From NCBI GenBank assembly GCA_013388965.1, contig JACAEG010000079.1, positions 1,292 through 65,291 of the forward strand: a stretch of DNA of 64,000 nucleotides, in the 5' to 3' direction. Every line of letters starts with the position of its first letter. Within the stretch, counting starts at the first letter, position 1. Below the pieces are notes generated by a model, which did no database searches, was not told the DNA's origin, and was given only the letters and a program-made list of their open reading frames with translations. Shown here piece by piece: positions 1-9,289 of this stretch. This stretch comes from Pseudorhodoplanes sp. (lineage in GTDB: Bacteria; Pseudomonadota; Alphaproteobacteria; Rhizobiales; Xanthobacteraceae). Position numbers and translations under genes: made by a program.

Positions 1-85
1 TGTCGCCGTCTGACGGCGGGAGCAATTCGAGGCTGCTCAGCCGAAGCTGCCCTGGCTCTTGAAGAACGACAGCCACCGTTTGCAT
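1..85 (-). CDS. bchC: Bacteriochlorophyllide a dehydrogenase BchC, 5' end only (runs off the window)
   Basis: Manual translation from the ATG at 85 gives MQTVAVVLQEPGQLRLSSLELLPPSDGD, resembling BchC N-termini. It occupies the canonical position after crtF and has a tandem PpsR site upstream. Confidence 0.75.
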   Translation of the reverse strand, partial: MQTVAVVLQEPGQLRLSSLELLPPSDGD

Positions 86-119
86 TCACGGCCCCCATCC
101 GTCCAAGCCCGGACGGATA

Positions 120-163
120 TGTCATGTTAGATTTACGATATATTATGTCAACTATATTTTACA
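120..163. promoter_or_regulatory. Tandem PpsR/CrtJ operator (bchC promoter)
   Basis: TGTCAACTATATTTTACA (146-163) is a perfect TGT-N12-ACA. TGTCATGTTAGATTTACG (120-137) has one mismatch and lies 8 bp away. Confidence 0.85.
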
Positions 164-168
164 TCCGA

Positions 169-1335
169 TCAGACATGTCCGACAATTTGGCCGGTCACGA
201 TCGGACGGGGTGTCCGGATGCGCCTGGCGGTTCGAAATCCTGCTGCCTTGAGGAGACGACAAAGTTCGTCGGGGCGCCGCGCGCGGCCGCTTCCCATCGC
301 GAGCAGGTAGAAGCCGAAATAGGCATCAGCGGCGCGCTCGGCGCCGCGCACGCCGCTCATGGGCTCGGCAATCACGACGACTCCCCCGGGAGGCAACGCC
401 GCCCGAACGGCACGGAGCAGTGCGAGAACGCTGGAATCGTCATGATCGTGGACGATGCGCACAAGCGAGATCACATCGGCCCCGCGCGGGAGCGGATCGC
501 TCAGAAAGCTCCCCTCGAAAATGCCGACGCGAGACAAGCCGCGTTCAGCGAGCTTTTTGCGGGCGCGCGCAGCAACAGCCGGAAGGTCGAACAGCATCAA
601 TTGCAGTTTCGGCCATCGCGCCGCAGCCGCAGCGACGAAGGCACCCTCGCCGCCACCGACATCCAGCAGACAACGATGCCGGCCGAACGGATAAGAACCG
701 AGAATGTCATCGGCGACCAGAGGCTGCGATGCGGACATCAGAGCGCTGTAGTCGGCAACATTCTCCGAAACGGCGGCATGGGGATTGTCAGCATAGGGCC
801 AATAGCGCTTGAGGCCGGTTTTGCCGCTCTCCCCGCGCAGAAGCGCGATGGGGTCCTGCAGATCGCGATAGAGTGTTGCGTGATGTGCGATCATGGCGGC
901 GACGCCCGGATTGCCATTCAGCGCCGCGCCAAGCATGCCCAGGCCGAAGCGATGGCCGCGGCGCGGCGCGACGAGTTTCAGCGAAGCGGCCGCGCGCAGC
1001 AGCCGCTCCGCGGCCGGCGCCGGCAGGCCAAGAGCCCCCGCGATGTCATCGATGGATTTCGGACCCCCTCGCAGACAATCGAACAGTCCCAATTGGACGC
1101 AGGCGAACAGGACCTGGGAGTAGACAAACCCCGCACACAGATCGAACAAGGCCGAGGCCTGCCGCCTGGCGATCGGGCGCGTCAGCGGAAAACGCGCGGA
1201 AAACCTTTGAAAATCTGGGTTTTCAATCCACGCATCGCGCCAGTCGAGAAGCTTGTCGAGCATACCGGCAGGACTTGGCAGGCGCGACGCCTGTCGTCTC
1301 GCTCCACGGGCCGGATCGTGCCATTGCGCGGTCAC
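169..1335 (-). CDS. crtF: Hydroxyneurosporene/demethylspheroidene O-methyltransferase
   Basis: SAM motif LLDVGGGEG, the CrtF-typical LFDLCAGFVYSQVL and YFGFYLLAMGSGR segments, and overlap with the crtE stop. Confidence 0.92.
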   Translation of the reverse strand: MTAQWHDPARGARRQASRLPSPAGMLDKLLDWRDAWIENPDFQRFSARFPLTRPIARRQASALFDLCAGFVYSQVLFACVQLGLFDCLRGGPKSIDDIAGALGLPAPAAERLLRAAASLKLVAPRRGHRFGLGMLGAALNGNPGVAAMIAHHATLYRDLQDPIALLRGESGKTGLKRYWPYADNPHAAVSENVADYSALMSASQPLVADDILGSYPFGRHRCLLDVGGGEGAFVAAAAARWPKLQLMLFDLPAVAARARKKLAERGLSRVGIFEGSFLSDPLPRGADVISLVRIVHDHDDSSVLALLRAVRAALPPGGVVVIAEPMSGVRGAERAADAYFGFYLLAMGSGRARRPDELCRLLKAAGFRTARRIRTPRPIVTGQIVGHV

Positions 1336-2198
1336 GCCGCCGACTGGGCAAGTTCCTTCGGGACCAGCCGCTTCACTTCCAGCGCGATCAGCGATTTCAG
1401 GTCCGATGCGCCGGGACAGGCGGGAATAGCCTCGATCGCCTCTCCGACCAGCTTTTCGAGATGGCTCACGGCGCCGAACAGACCGAATTCACGCGTCGCA
1501 CTCGGCCTGCTCAGCGCGAGATCGCGGCCGATCGGCTTTCCAATGTCTTCCGGATCGGCCACCGCATCACGAATGTCATCCGCGACCTGATAGGCCTCGC
1601 CGAGTTTCTCGCCGAACTGGCGCCACACCTCGCCGTCGGTCCCGGCCGCGGCCGCCCCCGCCGCCGCGGCTCCGGCAAACAACGCCCCTGTTTTCGCTCG
1701 ATGATAGTGAGCGAGATTGATCTTCGGCTCGCATTCCCAAGCCTGGCCGGCCACAATTCCCGAAGGTGCACCGACCGCGCGGCCGATGATTTTGAGAAGT
1801 GCGCTCAACCGCTTGGGAACATCGTTCAGCCGGGCAAGATTCTGAAAGGCGAGCACAATCAGAGCATCGCCTGCAAGCACGGCAAGCGGTTCGCCAAACT
1901 GCCGATGCACCGACGGGCGTCCGCGCCGCGTACCGGCATCGTCGAAGCACGGCAGATCGTCGTGCACGAGCGAGGCGCAATGCAGGAGTTCGATAGAAGC
2001 TGCAGCGATGTCGGTAACGGCCGGATCTTCGCGGCCGCAGGCGGCGGCAACCGCCAGCACCACCCGCGGCCTGATGCGCGCGCCTTTGGGAAAGACTGCG
2101 GCACGCATCGCGGCCGCAAGCCGGGGCGGGCAGCTCGGCCCCTCGGATTTGCTGAGCGCTGAATAGAGTGCCTGCTCTATGCGGCTTGCGGCATCCAT
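1332..2198 (-). CDS. crtE: Geranylgeranyl diphosphate synthase
   Basis: HCASLVHDDLPCFDDA and AYQVADD aspartate-rich motifs; crt cluster context. Confidence 0.95.
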   Translation of the reverse strand: MDAASRIEQALYSALSKSEGPSCPPRLAAAMRAAVFPKGARIRPRVVLAVAAACGREDPAVTDIAAASIELLHCASLVHDDLPCFDDAGTRRGRPSVHRQFGEPLAVLAGDALIVLAFQNLARLNDVPKRLSALLKIIGRAVGAPSGIVAGQAWECEPKINLAHYHRAKTGALFAGAAAAGAAAAGTDGEVWRQFGEKLGEAYQVADDIRDAVADPEDIGKPIGRDLALSRPSATREFGLFGAVSHLEKLVGEAIEAIPACPGASDLKSLIALEVKRLVPKELAQSAA

Positions 2199-2224
2199 GT
2201 CGGCCTCCCACCGAATATCATTTG

Positions 2225-2268
2225 TGTAATCTTTGCTTGTCTATTAAAAGTGTCAAGTAAAATAGACA
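2225..2268. promoter_or_regulatory. Tandem PpsR/CrtJ operator between divergent crtE and crtD
   Basis: TGTCAAGTAAAATAGACA (2251-2268) is a perfect TGT-N12-ACA. The degenerate TGTAATCTTTGCTTGTCT (2225-2242) lies 8 bp away. Confidence 0.8.
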
Positions 2269-2295
2269 TTCGCCGGTTTTGAGGTCATTGGCGAC

Positions 2296-3855
2296 ATGCC
2301 GGACGACCATGTGCTCATCATCGGAGCCGGAATCGGAGGGCTGGCCGCCGCGATCGATCTCGCCGGGCAAGGCTTCAGGGTGAGCATTTTCGAGCGTTCC
2401 GGCGCACCGGGCGGCAAGATGCGGCGGGCGAGCGTCGGCGGCCTGAACCTCGACGCCGGACCGACCGTGCTCACTTTGCGGGATGTGTTCGACGCGCTGT
2501 TTGCCGATGCCGGCGGCGTTCTGGAGGATTTTGTCGCACTGCGTCCCGCCGATGTTCTGGCGCGTCACGCCTGGAGCGGGACCGAACGGCTCGACCTGTT
2601 TGCCGACACCGACCGCACAGCGGACGCCATCGGCACTTTTGCGGGCGCAGCCGATGCGCGCGGCTTCCTCGCCTTCAGCCGGCGCTCGCGCGAAATTTTC
2701 GAGACGCTCGACAACACATTCATGCGCGCACAGCGGCCCAATCCGGTCTCGCTGGTCGCGCGCACGCCGCTGCGCGATCTCGGCCGGCTCATGCGCATCT
2801 CGCCCTTCGCAACATTGTGGAGCGAACTCGGGCGCCATTTTCGCGATCCGCGGCTGCGGCAGCTCTTTGGCCGCTACGCAACCTATTGCGGCGCGTCCCC
2901 ATTCGCAGCGCCCGCAACCCTGATGCTCGTCGCCCATGCCGAGCAGAATGGTGTCTGGCTGGTGGAAGGCGGCATGCATCGGCTGGCGGAGGCTCTGGCA
3001 CGGCTTGCCGGTCAGCTTGGCGCGACCATCCATTACGGCGCCCATGTCGAGGAAATACTCGTTCGGAATGGCCGCGCGGTCGGAATCGCCTTGCGTTCCG
3101 GCGAACAGATCGACGCGTCGTGCATTGTGGCCAATGTCGACGCCGCCGCGATTTCCGGGGGTTTTCTCGGCCAGTCCGCCGCGCGGGGCGTCGCCCCGAT
3201 CCGGCCCGAAAGCCGCTCGCTCTCCGCCGTTACCTTTCTGCTCGCGGCACGCCCGAGAGGATTTTCGCTCGCGCACCACAACGTCATCTTCTCGCGCGAT
3301 TACGAGGCGGAATTCCGGGACATTTTCGAACGCGGCCGCATTCCCGAAAACCCGACCGTCTATGTCTGCGCGCAAGATCGCGATGACCAGGGCGCCGGCG
3401 CTCCCGATGGAGCAGAACGTCTTCTCTGTCTTGTCAATGCGCCGCCCGTGGGCGACCGCCAATTCTTCGATGCTGCGGAGATCGAGCGATGCCAGCAAAG
3501 GATGATCGGACAAATGGATCGCTGCGGTCTGCAGTTGGAGATCGCGGCGATGGTGACAGCGAGCCCCTCCGACTTCGACCGCCTGTATCCGGCGACGGGA
3601 GGCGCGCTCTACGGGATGGCATCGCACGGATGGACTGCATCGTTCCGGCGGCCGGGGGCCCGAACCAAGATTCCGGGCCTCTACCTGGCGGGGGGCAGTG
3701 CGCATCCGGGGCCGGGCGTGCCGATGGCCGCGATGTCGGGAAGGCTGGCGGCGCATTGCGTGATGGGGGACCTCGCTTCGACGAGACGATTCCACCCGGC
3801 GGCTATGCGTGGTGGTATGTCGATGCGTTCAGCGACGACGGCGCCTACGGGCTGA
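2296..3855 (+). CDS. crtD: 1-hydroxycarotenoid 3,4-desaturase
   Basis: FAD motif IIGAGIGGL, DAGPTV, and C-terminal LYLAGGSAHPGPGVPMAAMSGRLAA; divergent from crtE and followed by crtC. Confidence 0.92.
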   Translation: MPDDHVLIIGAGIGGLAAAIDLAGQGFRVSIFERSGAPGGKMRRASVGGLNLDAGPTVLTLRDVFDALFADAGGVLEDFVALRPADVLARHAWSGTERLDLFADTDRTADAIGTFAGAADARGFLAFSRRSREIFETLDNTFMRAQRPNPVSLVARTPLRDLGRLMRISPFATLWSELGRHFRDPRLRQLFGRYATYCGASPFAAPATLMLVAHAEQNGVWLVEGGMHRLAEALARLAGQLGATIHYGAHVEEILVRNGRAVGIALRSGEQIDASCIVANVDAAAISGGFLGQSAARGVAPIRPESRSLSAVTFLLAARPRGFSLAHHNVIFSRDYEAEFRDIFERGRIPENPTVYVCAQDRDDQGAGAPDGAERLLCLVNAPPVGDRQFFDAAEIERCQQRMIGQMDRCGLQLEIAAMVTASPSDFDRLYPATGGALYGMASHGWTASFRRPGARTKIPGLYLAGGSAHPGPGVPMAAMSGRLAAHCVMGDLASTRRFHPAAMRGGMSMRSATTAPTG

Positions 3856-4715
3856 CGGTCATCGCTCTCCTCGGAAGCGTCTTCTCGCCCTACTACGCCC
3901 GGTCGCGCCGGCGTGGCGCCGGCGATCCGCTCGATCATTGCGCCATGAATGTCGCCCTCTACGGCCGCGGCGTGCGGCGCTGGGCGATGACCGAGCGGGG
4001 AGCCGAAGCGCTTTCCCGCTCCGCGAGCCGTCTGGAGATCGGCCGCAGCGCCGTGGATTGGCAGCATGGGGTCCTTGCGATCTCGATCGATGAAATCACG
4101 GCCCCTTTTCCACGGCGTCTGCGGGGCAAGATCCGCGTCGAACCGCAGGCGTTAACGTCCTATCGCGCGAAGATCGATGCCAGCGGGCGCCATCGCTGGT
4201 GGCCCATCGCGCCGGCCGCGCGTGTCGAGGCGCGCTTCGATTACCCTGCCCTTTCCTGGTCCGGTCACGGCTATTTCGACTGCAATGCCGGCGACGAGCC
4301 GCTGGAAGCCGCCTTCCGGTCATGGACATGGTCGCGCGCCACAATGCGAAACGGGACGGCGATCCTCTACGACCTCGAACGCCGGACGGACGGTCTGCAT
4401 TCGCTGGCCCTCAAGTTCGATGCAAATGGCGGGCATCGCGAACTCCATGCACCGAGGCACGTGGAGCTTCCGAGGACTACGATCTGGCAAATGCCGCGCA
4501 GCACGCCCAGCGAAGGAAACGGCACCGCCAAAATCATGCAAACGCTCGAAGATGCGCCGTTCTATGCGCGATCGATGATCCGCTCGCGCCTGCTCGGGCA
4601 AGACTGCGTTGCCATGCATGAGAGCCTTTCGCTGGATCGGTTCAACAGCGGTTGGGTCCAGGCCCTGCTTCCGTTCCGGATGCCGCGTCGGCGAAAGGCC
4701 CCCGCACCGCGCTGA
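3756..4715 (+). CDS. crtC: Carotenoid 1,2-hydratase (hydroxyneurosporene synthase)
   Basis: GGYAWWYVDA, GSVFSPYY, WAMTERG, TLEDAPFYARS and HESLSLDRF motifs. The start is uncertain; an in-frame TTG at 3756 was chosen, which overlaps the crtD 3' end. Confidence 0.88.
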   Translation: MRDGGPRFDETIPPGGYAWWYVDAFSDDGAYGLTVIALLGSVFSPYYARSRRRGAGDPLDHCAMNVALYGRGVRRWAMTERGAEALSRSASRLEIGRSAVDWQHGVLAISIDEITAPFPRRLRGKIRVEPQALTSYRAKIDASGRHRWWPIAPAARVEARFDYPALSWSGHGYFDCNAGDEPLEAAFRSWTWSRATMRNGTAILYDLERRTDGLHSLALKFDANGGHRELHAPRHVELPRTTIWQMPRSTPSEGNGTAKIMQTLEDAPFYARSMIRSRLLGQDCVAMHESLSLDRFNSGWVQALLPFRMPRRRKAPAPR

Positions 4716-4719
4716 AGAT

Positions 4720-4869
4720 TCAGCTCTCCGGCGCGCGACGGGGCCGCTCCGCATCCTGCCGGCGCTTCTTGTCGAGCCGCAAGCACACGAGCTCGAGAAC
4801 GCCCCACCCCGTCACAGCGCCGAAAGCGACGAACAATTCGATCAGTCCGAACCAGCTCGACTCGTCCAT
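4720..4869 (-). CDS. Small 49-aa membrane protein (not in the ORF track)
   Basis: MDESSWFGLIELFVAFGAVTGWGVLELVCLRLDKKRRQDAERPRRAPES*: a hydrophobic helix followed by a basic tail. GGAG lies upstream, and the ORF fills the crtB-crtC gap. Confidence 0.6.
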   Translation of the reverse strand: MDESSWFGLIELFVAFGAVTGWGVLELVCLRLDKKRRQDAERPRRAPES

Positions 4870-4893
4870 CCGGCAACGCTCCGGACCGGCCCA

Positions 4894-5943
4894 CTACAAC
4901 GCGCTGCGCTGCAACTGCTCCCGCCGTTCAAGGCGCTCGAACAGGTCAAGCACCCACAGCAGCCGCTCGCGATAGTTCCACCAGCGAATTGCAGGCGCGG
5001 TCATGCCATGCGGGATCGGAGAACCGGCGATCGCGTCAAGCAGGAACAGCGCGTCGCCCAGAGCCGGCTGCCGGAGGGTGGCATCGCCTGCCCCGGCTGC
5101 AAAGGACCGCGCAATCAGGCGCACCTTGCTTGCGCCGGACACCGTCGCTCGCCCTGATACGGAATCGAAAGCGCGCTTCCCGATCTCCCGCCCGATTTCG
5201 GCATAGACATAGCGCGCCGCCCGAATGGCGGGACGGCAATCGGCCGGCAGCGCCGCAATCCCGGCGTCGGCGCGGCGATAGAGCACGTCCGCTGCATCAA
5301 GGACGCGTTTCACCACAGACGCCAATCGCTTGCAGTGGTTCGGTTGTGCGATCAGCGCATCCGGATCGATCCCCGCGTCCCGCAACCAGGTCAGGGGGAG
5401 ATAAACCCGTCCCGCGCGCGCATCCTCACCGACATCGCGCGCGATATTCGTCAGTTGCATCGCAACGCCGAGATCGCAGGCGCGCGCAAGAACGGCCGGA
5501 TCGCGCTGTCCCATCAGAAGGGTCATCATCGCGCCGACAGTGCCTGCGACGCGGATGGCATACCCTTCCAGGTCGTCCAGCGTTTCGTAACGTCGCCCCT
5601 GCGCATCCCATTCCAGTCCTTCGATCAGCGCGAATGGCAGCGCATGCGGAATCGCGAATCTGGCGATCACATCGGCGAGGGCACGGTCTGCCGGAATCTC
5701 GAGGGGACGCCCCGCATAGGCCCGTTCCAGACGTCTGCGCAATTCCACAACCGCGCCCGGAGCGTCGCTCCCCGTATCGATCGCATCGTCCGCAATCCGG
5801 CAGAATGCGTAGAGCGCCGATGCAGGCTCGCGCACGCGACGCGGCAACAAAAGCGAAGCCGCGTGAAAAGACCGCGATCCCCTGCGCAACAATGCGCGAC
5901 AGGCCGCAAGGTCTGCCCGGCGCAACAAGGGGCTATCTTGCAT
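4894..5943 (-). CDS. crtB: Phytoene synthase
   Basis: LYAFCRIADDAID and AMQLTNIARDVGEDARAGRVYLP motifs. Start at 5943 (or 5955), overlapping the crtI stop. Confidence 0.95.
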   Translation of the reverse strand: MQDSPLLRRADLAACRALLRRGSRSFHAASLLLPRRVREPASALYAFCRIADDAIDTGSDAPGAVVELRRRLERAYAGRPLEIPADRALADVIARFAIPHALPFALIEGLEWDAQGRRYETLDDLEGYAIRVAGTVGAMMTLLMGQRDPAVLARACDLGVAMQLTNIARDVGEDARAGRVYLPLTWLRDAGIDPDALIAQPNHCKRLASVVKRVLDAADVLYRRADAGIAALPADCRPAIRAARYVYAEIGREIGKRAFDSVSGRATVSGASKVRLIARSFAAGAGDATLRQPALGDALFLLDAIAGSPIPHGMTAPAIRWWNYRERLLWVLDLFERLERREQLQRSAL

Positions 5944-7465
5944 AGGCAGAAGCATTGGGCACCACCGAATCGAGGACACGGGCCGAGGACAGAACGCCGG
6001 GCAATCCGGCACCGGGATGGGTGCCGGCGCCAACGAGAAACAGGTTCTTCACATCTTCACTCTTGTTGTGCGGCCGGAACCAGGCGCTCTGCCAGAGCAC
6101 CGGTTCGAGTCCGAAGGCGGCGCCGCGAAACGACGACAGACGATCCTGGAAATCCTGCGGCGTCAGAAGCCGCGACGTCACCACATTGTTCTCGAGGTCC
6201 GGCAGCACGGTCTCCTGCAGCCGTCTGGCGATTGCTTTCCGGTATGGTTCCGCGGCCGTCGCCCAGTCGATTCCGCTTTCAAGATGCGGAACGGGCGACA
6301 GCACGTAGAAGGCATCGCAATTGGGCGGGGCAAGCGAGGGGTCTGTCGCAGTCGGACGATGCAGGTAGAGGCTGAAGTCTTCGGCCAGACGCTTGTGCCG
6401 GAAGATGTCGCGGAGCAATTCGCGATAGCGGGGCCCCAGCACAAGCATGTGATGGGGAACCTCCGGATAGGTCCGGCGCGTTCCGAAATACCAGACGAAC
6501 AAGCTCATCGAATAGCGCGAGCGCTCGATCCTCCGATCGGTCCAGCGCCTTCGCGCATCCGGCGCAACAAGATGACGATAGGTCCAGGCCGAGTCGGCGT
6601 TGGATACGACAATATCCGAGGGGATCGACGTTCCGTCTGAAAGTCGAACGCCGGTTGCAGCACCGTTCCTGATCGTGATCTCGCTTACCTCGGCGCCACA
6701 CCTGACCACATTCCCCTGCGACTCGATCAGCTCTACCATTCCCTCGATGAGGCGGCCGGTGCCGCCCATTGCGAAGTGAACCCCGAAAGCGCGTTCGAGA
6801 TAGGAGATCAGACAATAAACCGAGGTCGCGGTGAACGGATTGCCGCCGATCAGCAACGGATGAAAGCTGAGCGCGATGCGAAGCTTCGCGTTTCTGACAA
6901 AGCCCGCCACGAACGAGTGGACGGTCCGATAGCCCTGCAATCTCACGAGATCGGGCAGAATGGCCGCCATGCTTTTCCATGAATCGAATGAGGCATGACC
7001 CAGCCGCTCGAAGCCGATGCGGTAGATCGCCTCGCTGGCCTTCATGAAACGGCGATATCCATCGACATCGTCCGGCGCAATGCGGGCGATTTCGCGATCC
7101 ATCGCCGTGGCGTCGCCGCTGTAATCAAGAACATCTCCGTCATCGAACCGGATGCGGTAGAAGGGAGAAATCGGCCGAAGATCGACATCGTCGGAAAGAT
7201 GTCGTCCGCACAGACTCCAGAGTTCCTGGAACAGGAATGGCGCAGTAACGATGGTCGGCCCGGCATCGAATGTGAAGCCATCCTGCCTGTAAACATAGGC
7301 GCGGCCGCCCGGCGCATCGAGCTTCTCCAGAACCGTCACGCGATAGCCCCGCGCGCCGAGCCGGATCGCGGCCGCAAGTCCTCCGAAGCCGCTGCCGATG
7401 ACGACCGCATGCGGACGCGGCCGGCTTTCGCGTAGGGGAGGACGGCCGCGGGTGACGTCCAGCAT
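5933..7465 (-). CDS. crtI: Phytoene desaturase
   Basis: VIGSGFGGLAAAIRL, FDAGPT and LVGAGTHPGAGLPGVLSSA motifs. Confidence 0.95.
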   Translation of the reverse strand: MLDVTRGRPPLRESRPRPHAVVIGSGFGGLAAAIRLGARGYRVTVLEKLDAPGGRAYVYRQDGFTFDAGPTIVTAPFLFQELWSLCGRHLSDDVDLRPISPFYRIRFDDGDVLDYSGDATAMDREIARIAPDDVDGYRRFMKASEAIYRIGFERLGHASFDSWKSMAAILPDLVRLQGYRTVHSFVAGFVRNAKLRIALSFHPLLIGGNPFTATSVYCLISYLERAFGVHFAMGGTGRLIEGMVELIESQGNVVRCGAEVSEITIRNGAATGVRLSDGTSIPSDIVVSNADSAWTYRHLVAPDARRRWTDRRIERSRYSMSLFVWYFGTRRTYPEVPHHMLVLGPRYRELLRDIFRHKRLAEDFSLYLHRPTATDPSLAPPNCDAFYVLSPVPHLESGIDWATAAEPYRKAIARRLQETVLPDLENNVVTSRLLTPQDFQDRLSSFRGAAFGLEPVLWQSAWFRPHNKSEDVKNLFLVGAGTHPGAGLPGVLSSARVLDSVVPNASAYAR

Positions 7466-7468
7466 GCG

Positions 7469-8386
7469 CTATCCCTTCGCCGGCGGGAAAACGCCCGCGT
7501 CGCGCGCGATGTCGAGGACGAGAGCGGCAATAAGCTCCGGGCTCTCCTCGTGCGCCAGGTGGCCCAGACCCTTCAGCGGGACGATCTGCGCGTGCGGCAG
7601 AATTCTGCGAACGCGCTCGGCATCGCCGGGCGGGATGGTCCGGTCGTTGGTTCCGGTGATCATGACAAGGGGTATGTCGAGGCGCGGCAGATCGCCCTCG
7701 AGGCGGTGCAGATTCCAGTGCGCCATCATGCCGAGCGCTGACCGGACATGGCCGGGCCGGCGGGCCAGGCGGCAATAATATTCAATTCCGGCGTCATCGA
7801 TCTTCGATCCGGTATCGGCGATCAGCCGCGCGACGACGCGCCGGTCCAGCGCGTGCCAGGAAAATACGCGCGGGACGACGGGCAACATCGCGAAAATCCG
7901 CGCGAGCGGACCGAACATGTGACCCGCCATGCCGCGAAGCGGCAGAAGTGCGCCGTTGATGCTGACGATCGCCTTCGGCGACACGAACCGCTCAATGCTC
8001 ATGCGCACAGCGATCGCAGCACCCGCAGAATGCCCGATCACCAGGGCCGGCTCGACTGCGATCGCATGCAGCAGCCTCGACAGCGCGCGCGCCATGCCGG
8101 ACAGCGACAGAAATTCCCGCGGGGGCGCTTGCGTGAATGCGTGTCCGGGAAGATCGGGCGCCACCACCGTGAAATGCTTCGCCAGGATCGGCATCAGGGA
8201 GCGCCACGAATGTGTGCTTGCCCCTGTCCCGTGCAAAAGCAGCACGGCCGGGCCCTCGCCCGCGGTTTGCAGATGCCAGACCATGCCGGCCGCGCGAACG
8301 AAGCGGCTGGCCTGACGATTGGGCCAGTCCCTTCCGTCGCGTTCCCAGACCGGCACATCGGCCGGCGCGCTGCCGCTCGTGCTCAT
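7469..8386 (-). CDS. bchO: Alpha/beta hydrolase BchO (putative Mg-chelatase accessory protein)
   Basis: WERDGRDWPNR N-terminus, LLHGTGASTHSW, GHSAG nucleophile and GHLAHEE. The ATG at 8386 follows GGAGGGGAG, 13 nt after the prk stop. Confidence 0.85.
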   Translation of the reverse strand: MSTSGSAPADVPVWERDGRDWPNRQASRFVRAAGMVWHLQTAGEGPAVLLLHGTGASTHSWRSLMPILAKHFTVVAPDLPGHAFTQAPPREFLSLSGMARALSRLLHAIAVEPALVIGHSAGAAIAVRMSIERFVSPKAIVSINGALLPLRGMAGHMFGPLARIFAMLPVVPRVFSWHALDRRVVARLIADTGSKIDDAGIEYYCRLARRPGHVRSALGMMAHWNLHRLEGDLPRLDIPLVMITGTNDRTIPPGDAERVRRILPHAQIVPLKGLGHLAHEESPELIAALVLDIARDAGVFPPAKG

Positions 8387-8399
8387 CTCCCCTCCGAGA

Positions 8400-9281
8400 T
8401 CAGTGGCCGATGGCATGCTTGCGCTGCTCCATCAGCCGCCAGATCATCGGTGTGAATATCAGCTGCATCGCGAGATCCATCTTGCCGCCCGGACAGACGA
8501 TCGTGTTCGGCCGCGACATGAAGGAATCATGCAGCATCGCCAGCAGATATGGAAAATCGATCCCGCCGGGATTCGCGAAGCGGATCACAAGCATGCTTTC
8601 GTCCGGTGTCGGCACGTGCCGCGAGATGAAGGGATTGGATGTGTCGACCACGGGCACGCGCTGAAAATTGATATGCGTGCGCGAGAATTGCGGGACGATG
8701 TAATGCACATAATCATGCATTCGGCGCAGGATTGTGTCGGTGACCGCTTCCGTCGAATAACCTCGCGACGAGCGATCGCGATGCAGCTTCTGAATCCATT
8801 CGAGATTGATCACCGGCACCACGCCGATCCGAAGGTCCACGTGACGGCCGACATCGACCGCTCCGTCGCGCACGGCACCGTGCAGACCTTCATAGAAGAG
8901 GAGTTCCGTGTCCTCGGGCAGATCGCCCCACTCCGTGAAGGTGCCGGGCTCCTGACCGTACTGCGCGGCCTCGGTGGCGTCGTGAAGATATCTTCTGAAC
9001 CTGCCGCGCCCGGTCTCGCCGTAGCTTCGAAACAGCTCCTCGAGTTCCGCGAACAGATTCGCTTCGGGACCGAAATGGCTGAAATGCTCGTTTCCTCGCC
9101 GCACCGCATCATCCATCTGCTGTTTCATCGCGTGGCGGTCGTAGCGATGGAAGCTGTCGCCCTCGATGAAGGCCGCCTTCACGCCTTCCCGGCGAAATAT
9201 CTGGTCGAAGGTGCGCATGACCGAGGTCGTGCCGGCGCCCGAGGATCCGGTGATCGCTATGATCGGGTGACGGACGGACAT
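8400..9281 (-). CDS. cbbP: Phosphoribulokinase (bacterial type)
   Basis: MSVRHPIIAITGSSGAGTT P-loop, EGDSFHRYDR, FYEGLHG and FQRVPVVDTSNPF. An alternative start at 9293 overlaps the cbbF stop (ATGA). Confidence 0.95.
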   Translation of the reverse strand: MSVRHPIIAITGSSGAGTTSVMRTFDQIFRREGVKAAFIEGDSFHRYDRHAMKQQMDDAVRRGNEHFSHFGPEANLFAELEELFRSYGETGRGRFRRYLHDATEAAQYGQEPGTFTEWGDLPEDTELLFYEGLHGAVRDGAVDVGRHVDLRIGVVPVINLEWIQKLHRDRSSRGYSTEAVTDTILRRMHDYVHYIVPQFSRTHINFQRVPVVDTSNPFISRHVPTPDESMLVIRFANPGGIDFPYLLAMLHDSFMSRPNTIVCPGGKMDLAMQLIFTPMIWRLMEQRKHAIGH

Positions 9282-9289
9282 CGGCGATC

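Noticed and set aside
124-3795. Long alternative-frame ORFs (124..1590, 873..2162, 2218..3795)
   Set aside because: Antisense to crtF, crtE and crtD, with Arg/Ala-rich composition typical of shadow frames.
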